Source: an uncultured Ignavibacteriales bacterium (lineage in GTDB: Bacteria > Zixibacteria > MSB-5A5 > GN15 > FEB-12). From it: 64,000 nt of DNA. Positions 29,099 through 38,117 of the stretch are shown one piece after another. The stretch is taken from positions 4,303-68,302 of the forward strand of contig CAZFOY010000010.1 in the NCBI GenBank assembly GCA_964520865.1, written 5' to 3'. Made by a program: the position numbers and the translations under genes. The notes beneath the pieces were generated by a model. It searched no databases and was not told where the DNA came from. It saw only the letters and a program-made list of their open reading frames with translations. Positions within the stretch are counted from its first letter, which is position 1, and each line of letters starts with the position of its first letter.

Positions 29099-29101
29099 CG
29101 A

Positions 29102-30529
29102 TTACTGTCCCAGTGCTTCCAATATCTTCTTCTTCATGAGAGTGATCGACCCGGCGCCCATCGTAATCACGAGGTCACCCGGTCGCGCTATCGTCTTCAC
29201 CTGATCGACTGCGTTTTCCTTCGGCCCGATATAGGTAAAATTCCCTATTCCAAGTTTCTTAGCTTCCTCGACGATCCGTTCGGCATGCACTCCTTCGATC
29301 GGTTTCTCTCTCGCCGGATAGATGTCTGCCAGCAACGTTACATCAGCAATCGAAAGGGCTTGCGCAAAGTCCGTAAGGAAATCACGGGTGCGGCTGAAAA
29401 GATGTGGCTGGAAAACGACAATAACTCTCTTGTCATAGAGCGCCTTGGCCGCTTCGAGTGTCGCCTTGATTTCAGACGGGTGATGCGCATAGTCATCGAC
29501 CACGGTGATCCCGTTGGCTTCGCCCACGTACTCAAACCTTCTCCCCACTCCTCGAAATGACATCAATCCGTCGACGATAGTCGCGAACGGCACTTCAAGC
29601 TCCGAGCAGGTGGCCACAGCGGCGAGGGCATTAGCCACGTTGAATTTGCCCGGTACCTTAAGAATGACTTCGCCGAGGAGATCACCTTTGCGATAGACCG
29701 AGAAGGTTGTTCCGGCAGCGGTCATCTTGAGATCGAGCGCCCGATAGTCCGCGTCGATGGAGAATCCAAAAGTCTGATACGGCCGGGCGATCCTCTGTCG
29801 AATCGTCTGGAGATTGGCGTCATCGGCCGATATGATCACCGAACCATAGAACGGCACTCGATTCATGTACGCCAGGAACGACTCCAGGAGATCATCGATC
29901 CCATCATAGCAGTCGAGATGATCCGCTTCGATATTCGTCACCACCGCCACGCTCGGGAACATGGCGAGGAACGACTTGTCGTATTCGTCCGCCTCGGCCA
30001 CGAGGTAGTCCCCGGCTCCAAGTGCCGCGCCAGTGCCGAGTTCGGCAACAATTCCTCCGACTATCAACGTCGGCTGATAGTCTCCCTGGCGGAGAATGCG
30101 ACCGATCATTGAGGTAGTCGTCGTTTTGCCGTGGGTGCCGGCAACGCCGATCGAAAATTTCAGGCGCATGAGCTCACCGAGCATCTCCGCACGCTTTATC
30201 ACCGGTATGCCCCGTCTTCTGGCCTCTACTACTTCGGGGTTGGCTTCGCCGATCGCGGAGGAGATGACGACAACGTCGACATCCTCCAGATTGGCCGCCT
30301 TGTGTTCGTGATAAATGGGCATACCGAGCTGTGTAAGATACTCCGTGATCTCACTCGCCGTACTGTCGGAACCCTTGATCTGATAGCCGAGGTTGTGCAG
30401 AATCTCAGCAATTCCGGACATTCCCGATCCGCCGATTCCGACGAAATACAATTTCTTTATCTTCCCAAACATCAGCTTATCTCTTCCGAATCTACCGGCG
30501 GGATGTTTCGCAATGGTGTCAAGCTTCAA
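29102..30529 (-). CDS. murC: UDP-N-acetylmuramate--L-alanine ligase (start TTG 30529 or ATG 30472)
   Basis: FVGIGGSGMSGIA, GTHGKTTTT, EADEYD, TNIEADHLD, DDYAHHPSEI, FQPHLFSRT. Confidence 0.96.
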   Translation of the reverse strand: MKLDTIAKHPAGRFGRDKLMFGKIKKLYFVGIGGSGMSGIAEILHNLGYQIKGSDSTASEITEYLTQLGMPIYHEHKAANLEDVDVVVISSAIGEANPEVVEARRRGIPVIKRAEMLGELMRLKFSIGVAGTHGKTTTTSMIGRILRQGDYQPTLIVGGIVAELGTGAALGAGDYLVAEADEYDKSFLAMFPSVAVVTNIEADHLDCYDGIDDLLESFLAYMNRVPFYGSVIISADDANLQTIRQRIARPYQTFGFSIDADYRALDLKMTAAGTTFSVYRKGDLLGEVILKVPGKFNVANALAAVATCSELEVPFATIVDGLMSFRGVGRRFEYVGEANGITVVDDYAHHPSEIKATLEAAKALYDKRVIVVFQPHLFSRTRDFLTDFAQALSIADVTLLADIYPAREKPIEGVHAERIVEEAKKLGIGNFTYIGPKENAVDQVKTIARPGDLVITMGAGSITLMKKKILEALGQ

Positions 30530-31674
30530 CCTTTCACTCCAGCTTCCTTGAGAGTTTCAATCTGTCGAATGATGTCTTCTGCTATTAAATCGACGGCCGG
30601 ACGCTTTCCTGCGGTCTCCCGGCGAATCGCCGATTTCATTTGTGAGTGATTGTCGGAACGAAGTAACCGGATCGCATCGGCGATAATATTATGGTTCGCG
30701 AGTTCCGACTCATCGATCATCATCGCCATTCCGCGCTCCACGTAGTCCGCCGCGTTCTTTCTCTGATGGTCGCCGGCAGCGTACGGGTAAGGAATGAGAA
30801 TCGACGGCAGTCCGCAGGCCGTGATCTCGGCAAGCGTCAGAGCGCCGGCACGGCACACGACTACGTCGGCCGCGGCGTACACCAGTTCCATTTCTTGAGC
30901 AAAGGGGAAAAGAGAGCAATTTGACGCCTTGTGTCCTGCCTGTTCAGCTACTTCCGTGTAGTCTCTTTTCCCCGTTTGCCAGAGTATTTGTATATCAGAA
31001 TCGAGTGCACTCTCCTCGATACTTCGCAAAACAGCCTGATTCAGTGCCGACGCACCCTGACTGCCGCCGAGAATCAGGATTGTTTTTCTGCCTGCATCGA
31101 GCTTAAACTTTTCGAGTGCCGTCTCTCTTGCTCCTGAGCTTATGTCGCTTCTCACAGGGTTTCCTGTGTTGACCAGTTCAGCATCGGTCTTAAGGAAATC
31201 GCGCGCCCGGTCGAATCCGAGATAGATCTTCTTTGCGCGTCCGGCAAGTTGTCTCGTGGTTACTCCGGGGAACGAATTCTGCTCTTGCAGCAGGGTCGTG
31301 ATTCCTTTTGAAGCGGCGACCCTGAGTACCGGCCAGCAGACATATCCCCCGGTACCGATCACCAGATCCGGTCTGAAGCGACTGATCAGCGCGGAGGCCT
31401 TCATCAGCGCGACTATCAGGACGAACGGAACGACCAAATTCTTGAGCGTGATAGTCCGGGCGATTCCCCGCATGTTGATGATGTGAAGCGGGTATCCGAG
31501 CGCTTCGCGCATCCGATACTCCAGTCCGCGCTTGGTGCCGACGAAAATTATTTCAAGCGGCCGCTTTTCTTTCATTAGTTCCGTCACCCGGTTGGCAATC
31601 GCGATCGCCGGGAACAGATGCCCGCCGGTACCGCCACCGGCGAATATGATGCGGGCCGTCCTATCGGGCGTCAT
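30526..31674 (-). CDS. murG: Undecaprenyl-PP-MurNAc-pentapeptide GlcNAc transferase
   Basis: GGGTGGHLFP, GTGGYV, EQN-like QEQNSFPG, GNPVR, GGSQGA, RAGALTLAE, PYPYAAGDHQ. Confidence 0.96.
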   Translation of the reverse strand: MTPDRTARIIFAGGGTGGHLFPAIAIANRVTELMKEKRPLEIIFVGTKRGLEYRMREALGYPLHIINMRGIARTITLKNLVVPFVLIVALMKASALISRFRPDLVIGTGGYVCWPVLRVAASKGITTLLQEQNSFPGVTTRQLAGRAKKIYLGFDRARDFLKTDAELVNTGNPVRSDISSGARETALEKFKLDAGRKTILILGGSQGASALNQAVLRSIEESALDSDIQILWQTGKRDYTEVAEQAGHKASNCSLFPFAQEMELVYAAADVVVCRAGALTLAEITACGLPSILIPYPYAAGDHQRKNAADYVERGMAMMIDESELANHNIIADAIRLLRSDNHSQMKSAIRRETAGKRPAVDLIAEDIIRQIETLKEAGVKG

Positions 31675-32785
31675 CTTTGACCACCCTTCTCGATAAGCTC
31701 AGGAGTACGCCGACTGCGGCACTCGAAATGAGCAGCGAAGATCCGCCGTACGACAGGAATGGAAGGGGCAGACCGACCACCGGGAGCATTGCAGTCACCA
31801 TCCCGATATTTATCGCGACATTCAGAAACAGAGTCATCGTCATCCCGGCGGCGAGCAGATAACCAAACTTGTCCGGCTGCGCCGACGCAATCTTCAGTCC
31901 CCGCCAGATCAGGAAAAAGAAGAGGCCGAGGATTACCAATAATCCAAGCATCCCGAGTTCTTCTCCGATAGAAGCGAAAATGAAATCGGTATGCGGGTAG
32001 GGCAGGAAGAACAGTTTCTGCCGTCCTTCGCCAAGGCCGGTTCCGAGAATCCCACCCGATCCGATCGTAAGCGCGGCCTGCTTAACCTGATATTCCCCTT
32101 GCAACGGATTGACCACGGAACCGAGGAAACTCTCCAGACGAGTCCTCTTGTAACCGAGGACGAGCACGAGGAAAGAAGCCACGCTGATAAGAGGGACAAA
32201 TCCGATCACCAAATGTTTCAGGCGGGATCCGGCAAGAAAGAGCATGATCAACGCCGTCGTAAAAATCACTATCGTAGCGCCGAGATGCGGTTCGACGAGG
32301 ATCAGCGCGAGACCGAGCCCGATAATCGGCAGATACGGGAAGAGCAGTTGCTTGAGATCGTTGAGATTCCGCTTCGGATTCGATAGTGAAAAAGCCAGAT
32401 AAATCACCATCACGAACTTGAACAATTCCGATGGCTGCACATTGAAGAAGCCGAGCATGAGCCAGCGATGAGATCCGTTGCGCGCCGGCATGAGGAAGAC
32501 CAGTCCGAGCAGAAGTATGACCAGTAAGAGTACAGGCGCCGAATACACCGCCAGCCGCTGAAGGTTCATCTTGAGAATCAGGAAGATCGTGAAGCCGGAC
32601 AGCAGTGCCCACATCATCTGGTTCTTGAGAAAGAGGAAATGCGAACCAAAGCGGCTTTCAGCCAGGATCGAGGACGATGAGTAGACCATGATCAGTCCGA
32701 TCACGACCAGCAGCAGATACGCAAGCAGGAGGCGTTCGTCGATACGGTCAGTTTTTTGTAATCGTCTCGTTTTCATTTTTCCCAT
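31661..32785 (-). CDS. ftsW: SEDS peptidoglycan polymerase FtsW
   Basis: Polytopic; RWL..QPSELFK, EPHLG, GLGEGRQK, PHTDFIF..GEELG, LPFLSYGGSS. Confidence 0.95.
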   Translation of the reverse strand: MGKMKTRRLQKTDRIDERLLLAYLLLVVIGLIMVYSSSSILAESRFGSHFLFLKNQMMWALLSGFTIFLILKMNLQRLAVYSAPVLLLVILLLGLVFLMPARNGSHRWLMLGFFNVQPSELFKFVMVIYLAFSLSNPKRNLNDLKQLLFPYLPIIGLGLALILVEPHLGATIVIFTTALIMLFLAGSRLKHLVIGFVPLISVASFLVLVLGYKRTRLESFLGSVVNPLQGEYQVKQAALTIGSGGILGTGLGEGRQKLFFLPYPHTDFIFASIGEELGMLGLLVILGLFFFLIWRGLKIASAQPDKFGYLLAAGMTMTLFLNVAINIGMVTAMLPVVGLPLPFLSYGGSSLLISSAAVGVLLSLSRRVVKDDAR

Positions 32786-34142
32786 TCTTCAAGTCGGCGA
32801 CAGCTGCTTTAAACACCTTGCCGCGATGTTCGTAGTTCTCGAATTGGTCGAAGCTCGCGCAGCCGGGTGAGAGTAACACCGTCTCGCCCGGGAAGGCCAT
32901 TTCGAACGCCAGCCTGACCGCTTCGCCCAAACTCTCGGCAAACTGCACCGGAAACGCATGACCCAACTGATTGAAAACTTTCTCTCTGGCTTCTCCGATG
33001 GCCAGGATTCCTTTAATCTTTCCTTTGCCAAGTTCTATGAGCGGAGCGAAATCGGCTCCTTTGTCGCGCCCACCCGCGATCAGATAGAGCTGGCCATCAA
33101 CAGACCTCAGGGCATAACAAACCGAGTCGACATTGGTCGCTTTGGAGTCGTTGATGAAATTGATTCCTGCGACCCGCCCGACTTTCTCCATGCGGTGCTC
33201 CACACCCGGAAACTTTTTCAGAACACCGGCGATAATTTCCGGAGCGACGTCGTACTGCATCGCCGCGCAGACGGCGGCCGAGGCATTCTGCAGATTGTGC
33301 GGTCCGGGGATCAGTATCTCCGTTGTCGGGAGGATAGCGTGTTCCGCATCTCCGTGACGACCGATCAGGACGCCGTCGCGCACGAACGAAGTGGCCGTCT
33401 CGGAATCCTGAGTCGTGAAATAGTGTATGGTGGCATCGGTTTGTACGTTGTCTTTGCGGATCTCCGGATCTTCCAGATTCAGGATAAGACTCTGCTCGGT
33501 CGCTTGATTTTCGGTGATGCGGTATTTTGCCTTCTTGTAGTTTTCGAACGTACCGTGCCGATCCAGATGGTCCGGCGTCAGGTTCAAAATCAGTGCGGTA
33601 TCGGGAGCGAAGTCCTCGATTGTTTCGAGCTGGAAGTTGGAGACTTCGATCACCGCGATGCCATTCTCGGGAATCTTTTGCACTATGTCCGAAAAGGGCA
33701 GACCGATGTTGCCGCCAATGAAAGTATCGAATCCGGCGGCGGTGAAGATCTCACCGATGAGTGTGGTCGTCGTCGTCTTTCCATTGGACCCGGTGATCGC
33801 GATAATCTTTCCTTTGCAGGCCCAATACGCGAATTCGATCTCAGAAAAGACCGGAATACCCTTGGCGCGGGCCTTGTTCAGGATATCTATCGTCGGCGGC
33901 ACACCGGGAGAAACGACAAGATAGTCATTCTCCAGCAGTCTCTCGGTGTGACCTCCCGTTTCGAAGGGAATTCCCGAAGCTTTCAGTCGCTCAAGGCTCG
34001 GCCCCAGCAGAGCGGCGTCCTTGCTGTCGGAAACGAACGGTTTACCACCGTAGCTATCCGCGAGAGCAGCGGCGGCAAGGCCGGAGCGGGCGATCCCGAC
34101 AATTCCGATTTTTCGATTTCTGATTCTCTCTTCGATAGTCAT
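32748..34142 (-). CDS. murD: UDP-N-acetylmuramoyl-L-alanine--D-glutamate ligase
   Basis: SPGVP, ITGSNGKTTTT, GGNIG, EVSNFQL, DHLDRH, NDSKATN, LSPGCASFDQF. Confidence 0.96.
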   Translation of the reverse strand: MTIEERIRNRKIGIVGIARSGLAAAALADSYGGKPFVSDSKDAALLGPSLERLKASGIPFETGGHTERLLENDYLVVSPGVPPTIDILNKARAKGIPVFSEIEFAYWACKGKIIAITGSNGKTTTTTLIGEIFTAAGFDTFIGGNIGLPFSDIVQKIPENGIAVIEVSNFQLETIEDFAPDTALILNLTPDHLDRHGTFENYKKAKYRITENQATEQSLILNLEDPEIRKDNVQTDATIHYFTTQDSETATSFVRDGVLIGRHGDAEHAILPTTEILIPGPHNLQNASAAVCAAMQYDVAPEIIAGVLKKFPGVEHRMEKVGRVAGINFINDSKATNVDSVCYALRSVDGQLYLIAGGRDKGADFAPLIELGKGKIKGILAIGEAREKVFNQLGHAFPVQFAESLGEAVRLAFEMAFPGETVLLSPGCASFDQFENYEHRGKVFKAAVADLKNGKNENETITKN

Positions 34143-35227
34143 CGTATCTTCAATGTTGCTAAAGTTAACAGGGCCATGAACGCACCAATAATCCAGAACC
34201 TTACGACCACTTTGGATTCATGCCAGCCAAGCAGCTCGAAATGGTGATGGATCGGCGCCATTCGGAAGATTCTTTTCTTGTTTCTGAATCGATAAGATCC
34301 CACCTGCAGGATGACTGAAAGCGCTTCTATCACGAACACACCACCCACGATCACAAGAAGTAGTTCTTTCTTCAGCAGTATGGCGATTGCGCCGAGCGCT
34401 CCACCGAGCGACAAGGAACCGGTGTCACCCATAAAGACTTCCGCCGGATGCGTGTTGAACCAGAGAAAGCCGAGGGCTGAGCCGACGGCGGCGCCACAAT
34501 AGACCGTGAGTTCACCGCTTCCCGGTATGTATTCGACTTGCAGATAGTTCGAGAAGTCCAACCGACCGATCAGATAGGCCATCCCGGCAAAGGCGATGAA
34601 GCAAATCCCGGAAAGTCCGATCGCAAGACCGTCGAGTCCGTCGGTAAGGTTCACCGCATTCGATGAACCGGCGATCACCAGGATTATGAACGGGATGTAC
34701 AAAATGCCCAGATTCAGCACATAGTTCTTGAAGAAGGGTATGTCGGTCGTCCCGTTGAAGTGATTCGTCGGAGCGAGATACAACAGGCTGAGGCCGAATA
34801 TAATACCTATGACGATTTGTCCGGCCAGTTTCTTGCGGCCGATCATTCCTTTCGGCTGCTTCTTAATAACTTTCAGATAGTCGTCCATATATCCGATCAG
34901 ACCCATCCAGAGAGTGACCAGAAGGACCATCAGGATATAGAAATTGCTCAGATCGGCCCACAACAATGTGGGAATCACGATACCACAAAGAATGATCAAT
35001 CCGCCCATAGTAGGAGTACCGGCTTTCTTCTGGTGGCTCGACGGACCCTCTTCGCGGATCTTCTCTTTGACCTGATATTTCTGGAGCAACCGAATGAACA
35101 ACGGACCCAGAATGAGACAGATGATGATCGCGGTCAGCGTGGCTCCTGCCGTTCTGAACGTGATGTACCGGAAGAGATTGAATCCGCTGACATACTTGGT
35201 GAGAGGATAGAGCAGGTGATACAACAT
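34139..35227 (-). CDS. mraY: Phospho-N-acetylmuramoyl-pentapeptide transferase
   Basis: TPTMGG, DDYLK, NAVNLTDGLDGLA, FMGDTGSL, MAPIHHHFE. Confidence 0.97.
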   Translation of the reverse strand: MLYHLLYPLTKYVSGFNLFRYITFRTAGATLTAIIICLILGPLFIRLLQKYQVKEKIREEGPSSHQKKAGTPTMGGLIILCGIVIPTLLWADLSNFYILMVLLVTLWMGLIGYMDDYLKVIKKQPKGMIGRKKLAGQIVIGIIFGLSLLYLAPTNHFNGTTDIPFFKNYVLNLGILYIPFIILVIAGSSNAVNLTDGLDGLAIGLSGICFIAFAGMAYLIGRLDFSNYLQVEYIPGSGELTVYCGAAVGSALGFLWFNTHPAEVFMGDTGSLSLGGALGAIAILLKKELLLVIVGGVFVIEALSVILQVGSYRFRNKKRIFRMAPIHHHFELLGWHESKVVVRFWIIGAFMALLTLATLKIR

Positions 35228-36621
35228 CAGCGTTTCCCTCCCGATCGGTCGTATACTTTCAGAATTGCTTCAAGGCCGATACCGCGCGACGCCTTGACAT
35301 ACACCAGATCATCCGGTTTCAGCAGGGATCTGACCTCCGATGCGGCTGAGGCGGCCGAGTCGTAGTAGTGCAGTCTGTCATCGGCCATTCCTGCCTCGAG
35401 TGCTCCCTTAACGATATATCTGGACATCGGACCGACCAGAATCGCGAAAGCGAACTGCTCGCGAGGGAGCAAGCGTCCGATCTCCCGGTGGTAGTCGGCC
35501 GACGAGTTGCCCAGTTCAAGCATGTCGCCAAGAATGACGACGCGGCGTTGGGCCGACTGCAGTTCAAAAAATGCCTTAAGGCCTGCCTTTACTGAGGCCG
35601 GATTCGCATTGTAGCAGTCGGCGACAAACGTAATATTCCCGAGATGAACGATCTGACCGCGCATCGGGGCCGAGTCGAGTTCGATTGATTCTGTATCTAT
35701 CGAACCGAAATCGTAGCCGAGAGAACGGAAAGCGGCATAGGCAGCTACAAGATTGTAAACCTGGTGTCTGCCTATCAGCGGCAGTCGGAAACGGCGGCCT
35801 TCGATCGTGACGGTCGTTACTCCGGAAGCGTCTGATTCGATTTTCTCCGGTTTGAAGTCAGCCTGTCCATCCAAACCGAAGGTGCGGAAATCGGTGCGCA
35901 CCTTCTTGGTTTCGCGCATGAGAATCGGGTCATCGGCATTGATGAGGATAGTTGCATTGTTCGCAGCACGCTTGACCAGTTCGAGCTTGGCTTTGGCGAC
36001 GGCTTCGACCGTCCCGAGGAACTCAAGGTGGGATTCTCCAACATTGGTGATAACGATTACTTCGGGATGGACGATCTCGGCAAGCTTGGGCATCTCGTTC
36101 TTGCTGGAGATACCCATTTCAAGCACCACCGCCTGGGCATCTTCGCGCACGGCGAATATCGCCAGCGGGAGACCGTAAAGATTGTTGAAGTTTCCGGGCG
36201 AGTAGTAACTTCGCGACTCAACGGCGTGAACGAGACGGTAGGTCAATTCTTTCGTTGTTGTCTTTCCGTTCGAGCCGGTGATGCCGACGAATTTCGCATC
36301 AAGACTGTCGCGATAGCTCCGTGCCATCTGCATCATCGCCTCGTGCGTGTTTTTCACTCTGATAACAGGAAGCTTTCCCGAAACGGCGTCGGCAGCCGGA
36401 TTGCCGTCTTCTACCATCACGGCCACGGCACCTTTGGCAGCTGCCTGTTCGAGGTAATCATGACCGTCCCGCTTCTCTCCGCGGATCGCGATAAACAGCT
36501 CTCCCGCCTTCAACAGGCGGCTGTCTATCGCCACTCCCGTAAATTCAGTTCGGATCTTTACCAGATCGAGTAGCGTCCCGCCGGTCACAGCGGCCAATTC
36601 TGTTAGACTCAAGTGAATCAA
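35227..36621 (-). CDS. murF: UDP-N-acetylmuramoyl-tripeptide--D-Ala-D-Ala ligase
   Basis: IDSR, DGHDY, ITGSNGKTTTKE, GNFNN, EMG, DCYNANP, GDMLELG, KASRG. Confidence 0.95.
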   Translation of the reverse strand: MIHLSLTELAAVTGGTLLDLVKIRTEFTGVAIDSRLLKAGELFIAIRGEKRDGHDYLEQAAAKGAVAVMVEDGNPAADAVSGKLPVIRVKNTHEAMMQMARSYRDSLDAKFVGITGSNGKTTTKELTYRLVHAVESRSYYSPGNFNNLYGLPLAIFAVREDAQAVVLEMGISSKNEMPKLAEIVHPEVIVITNVGESHLEFLGTVEAVAKAKLELVKRAANNATILINADDPILMRETKKVRTDFRTFGLDGQADFKPEKIESDASGVTTVTIEGRRFRLPLIGRHQVYNLVAAYAAFRSLGYDFGSIDTESIELDSAPMRGQIVHLGNITFVADCYNANPASVKAGLKAFFELQSAQRRVVILGDMLELGNSSADYHREIGRLLPREQFAFAILVGPMSRYIVKGALEAGMADDRLHYYDSAASAASEVRSLLKPDDLVYVKASRGIGLEAILKVYDRSGGKR

Positions 36622-38102
36622 TTCTCCCGTTCGGTTTCTGCTTCCGTATATCCCATGTCCGAAAGTATCCCGGAGGCAACTTCAATATCGTTGTACGGGT
36701 GCTTCACACCCTTAATCTCCTGGTAGTTTTCCGCACCTTTGCCGGCAAGCAAGACCGCGTCCCCCGGCTGCGCTTTGTTCAGAATGAATCTTATCCCCTC
36801 CGTCCGATCTGAGCAGATCTCATAGTTTTTACCCACGAGACCCGGCTTTATGTCCTCGATGATTTGCCCCGGATCTTCGCTTCTCGGATTGTCCGAAGTG
36901 ACCACGGCGAAATCGGCGAACGTAGTGGCCGCCTGACCCATCATCGGGCGCTTCCCTTTATCGCGATCACCGCCGCACCCGAATAGCACCAGCAGTCGAC
37001 CGGATGTAATCTCGCGGGCCGACTGACACAGTCTTTCTATCGCATCGGGCGTGTGAGCGTAATCGACATAAACGGCGAACGGCTGACCTTTGACGATGAA
37101 ATTGAATCGTCCCGGTATTGGACGGGCCGCTTCGAGACCGGCCACGACGGTATCCAGATCAACGCCGCACGCGAGCCCGCCGGCCGCTGCAGCCAATGCG
37201 TTACTCAGGTTAAACTTGCCGGGAAGGTGATAATTAACTGTCGCGGAACCCATCGGCGTCACGAGATCGAATGTCGTCAGATTGGGCTGAATCTCATAGT
37301 TGGCGCAATAAACATCGGCCTCGGAATCACTCAACGAATACGTCATGTAGGCCGAGTTAAACTCTCCGAACAGCGTTCGGAACTCCGGAACATCGAGATT
37401 GATCACCGCATAGCTGAGCGGTCCGTTGAGCTTTTTCAGAAGAAGCGCTTTGGCCGCCAGATAGTTTTCCATCGTCCCGTGGAAGTCGAGATGGTCGCGC
37501 GTGATATTCGTGTAGACGGCCACTCTGAAATTGATTTTGTCGACGCGGTGCAGGGTGAGCGCGTGCGAGGACACTTCGATTATCGCGTTCACGCAGAAGT
37601 TCTTTTTCATCAGGAACAGCAGGCGCTGCATGTCGAGCGATTCCGGGGTGGTTCTCTCAGCCGTAAACGTCTCTCCGCCGGTGTCGTAGACGAGCGACGT
37701 CAACATGCCGGTAGTCTTGTTCCGCTGCTGAAGGATCTCTCTGAGGAGAAAGCAGGTTGTGGTCTTGCCGTTCGTGCCGGTAACGCCGCAGGCTTTCAAA
37801 TGGAATCCGGGATAGTCGTAGAATTTGGCCGCAACTTCGGCCATCGCCACCCGGGCGTCGGGAACGGAAACATGATTGGCGATCATATCGAAGTCATCCC
37901 GTTCCCCGAGTACGGCCACCGCTCCGTTGCTTTTGGCCTGCTCGACAAAATCGTAGCCATCCTGCTTGAGTCCTCTGACCGCGATGAACAGTCCGTTCTT
38001 CTTGACCATTCGCGAATCGTATTCGATGTTCTCAATCTCGATTTCCGCATCTCCGGCAATCCGTGCCTGCTCCACACCGCTGACCAATTCTCCCAGTTTG
38101 AT
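36618..38102 (-). CDS. murE: UDP-N-acetylmuramoyl-L-alanyl-D-glutamate--meso-DAP ligase; probable non-canonical ATC start at 38102 (ORF track uses TTG 38087)
   Basis: GVTGTNGKTT, TTPE, EVSSHAL, NITRDHLDFH, DYAHTPD, FGCGGDRD, DNPR (DAP specificity), GKG. Start inferred from SD GGAGG plus 6 nt. Confidence 0.95.
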   Translation of the reverse strand: MKLGELVSGVEQARIAGDAEIEIENIEYDSRMVKKNGLFIAVRGLKQDGYDFVEQAKSNGAVAVLGERDDFDMIANHVSVPDARVAMAEVAAKFYDYPGFHLKACGVTGTNGKTTTCFLLREILQQRNKTTGMLTSLVYDTGGETFTAERTTPESLDMQRLLFLMKKNFCVNAIIEVSSHALTLHRVDKINFRVAVYTNITRDHLDFHGTMENYLAAKALLLKKLNGPLSYAVINLDVPEFRTLFGEFNSAYMTYSLSDSEADVYCANYEIQPNLTTFDLVTPMGSATVNYHLPGKFNLSNALAAAAGGLACGVDLDTVVAGLEAARPIPGRFNFIVKGQPFAVYVDYAHTPDAIERLCQSAREITSGRLLVLFGCGGDRDKGKRPMMGQAATTFADFAVVTSDNPRSEDPGQIIEDIKPGLVGKNYEICSDRTEGIRFILNKAQPGDAVLLAGKGAENYQEIKGVKHPYNDIEVASGILSDMGYTEAETEREN

Positions 38103-38117
38103 AGTGGTCCTCCAGAC

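Noticed and set aside
29098-29102. Absence of murB and ddl between murC and ftsQ
   Set aside because: Common dcw variation; the genes are probably elsewhere in the genome.
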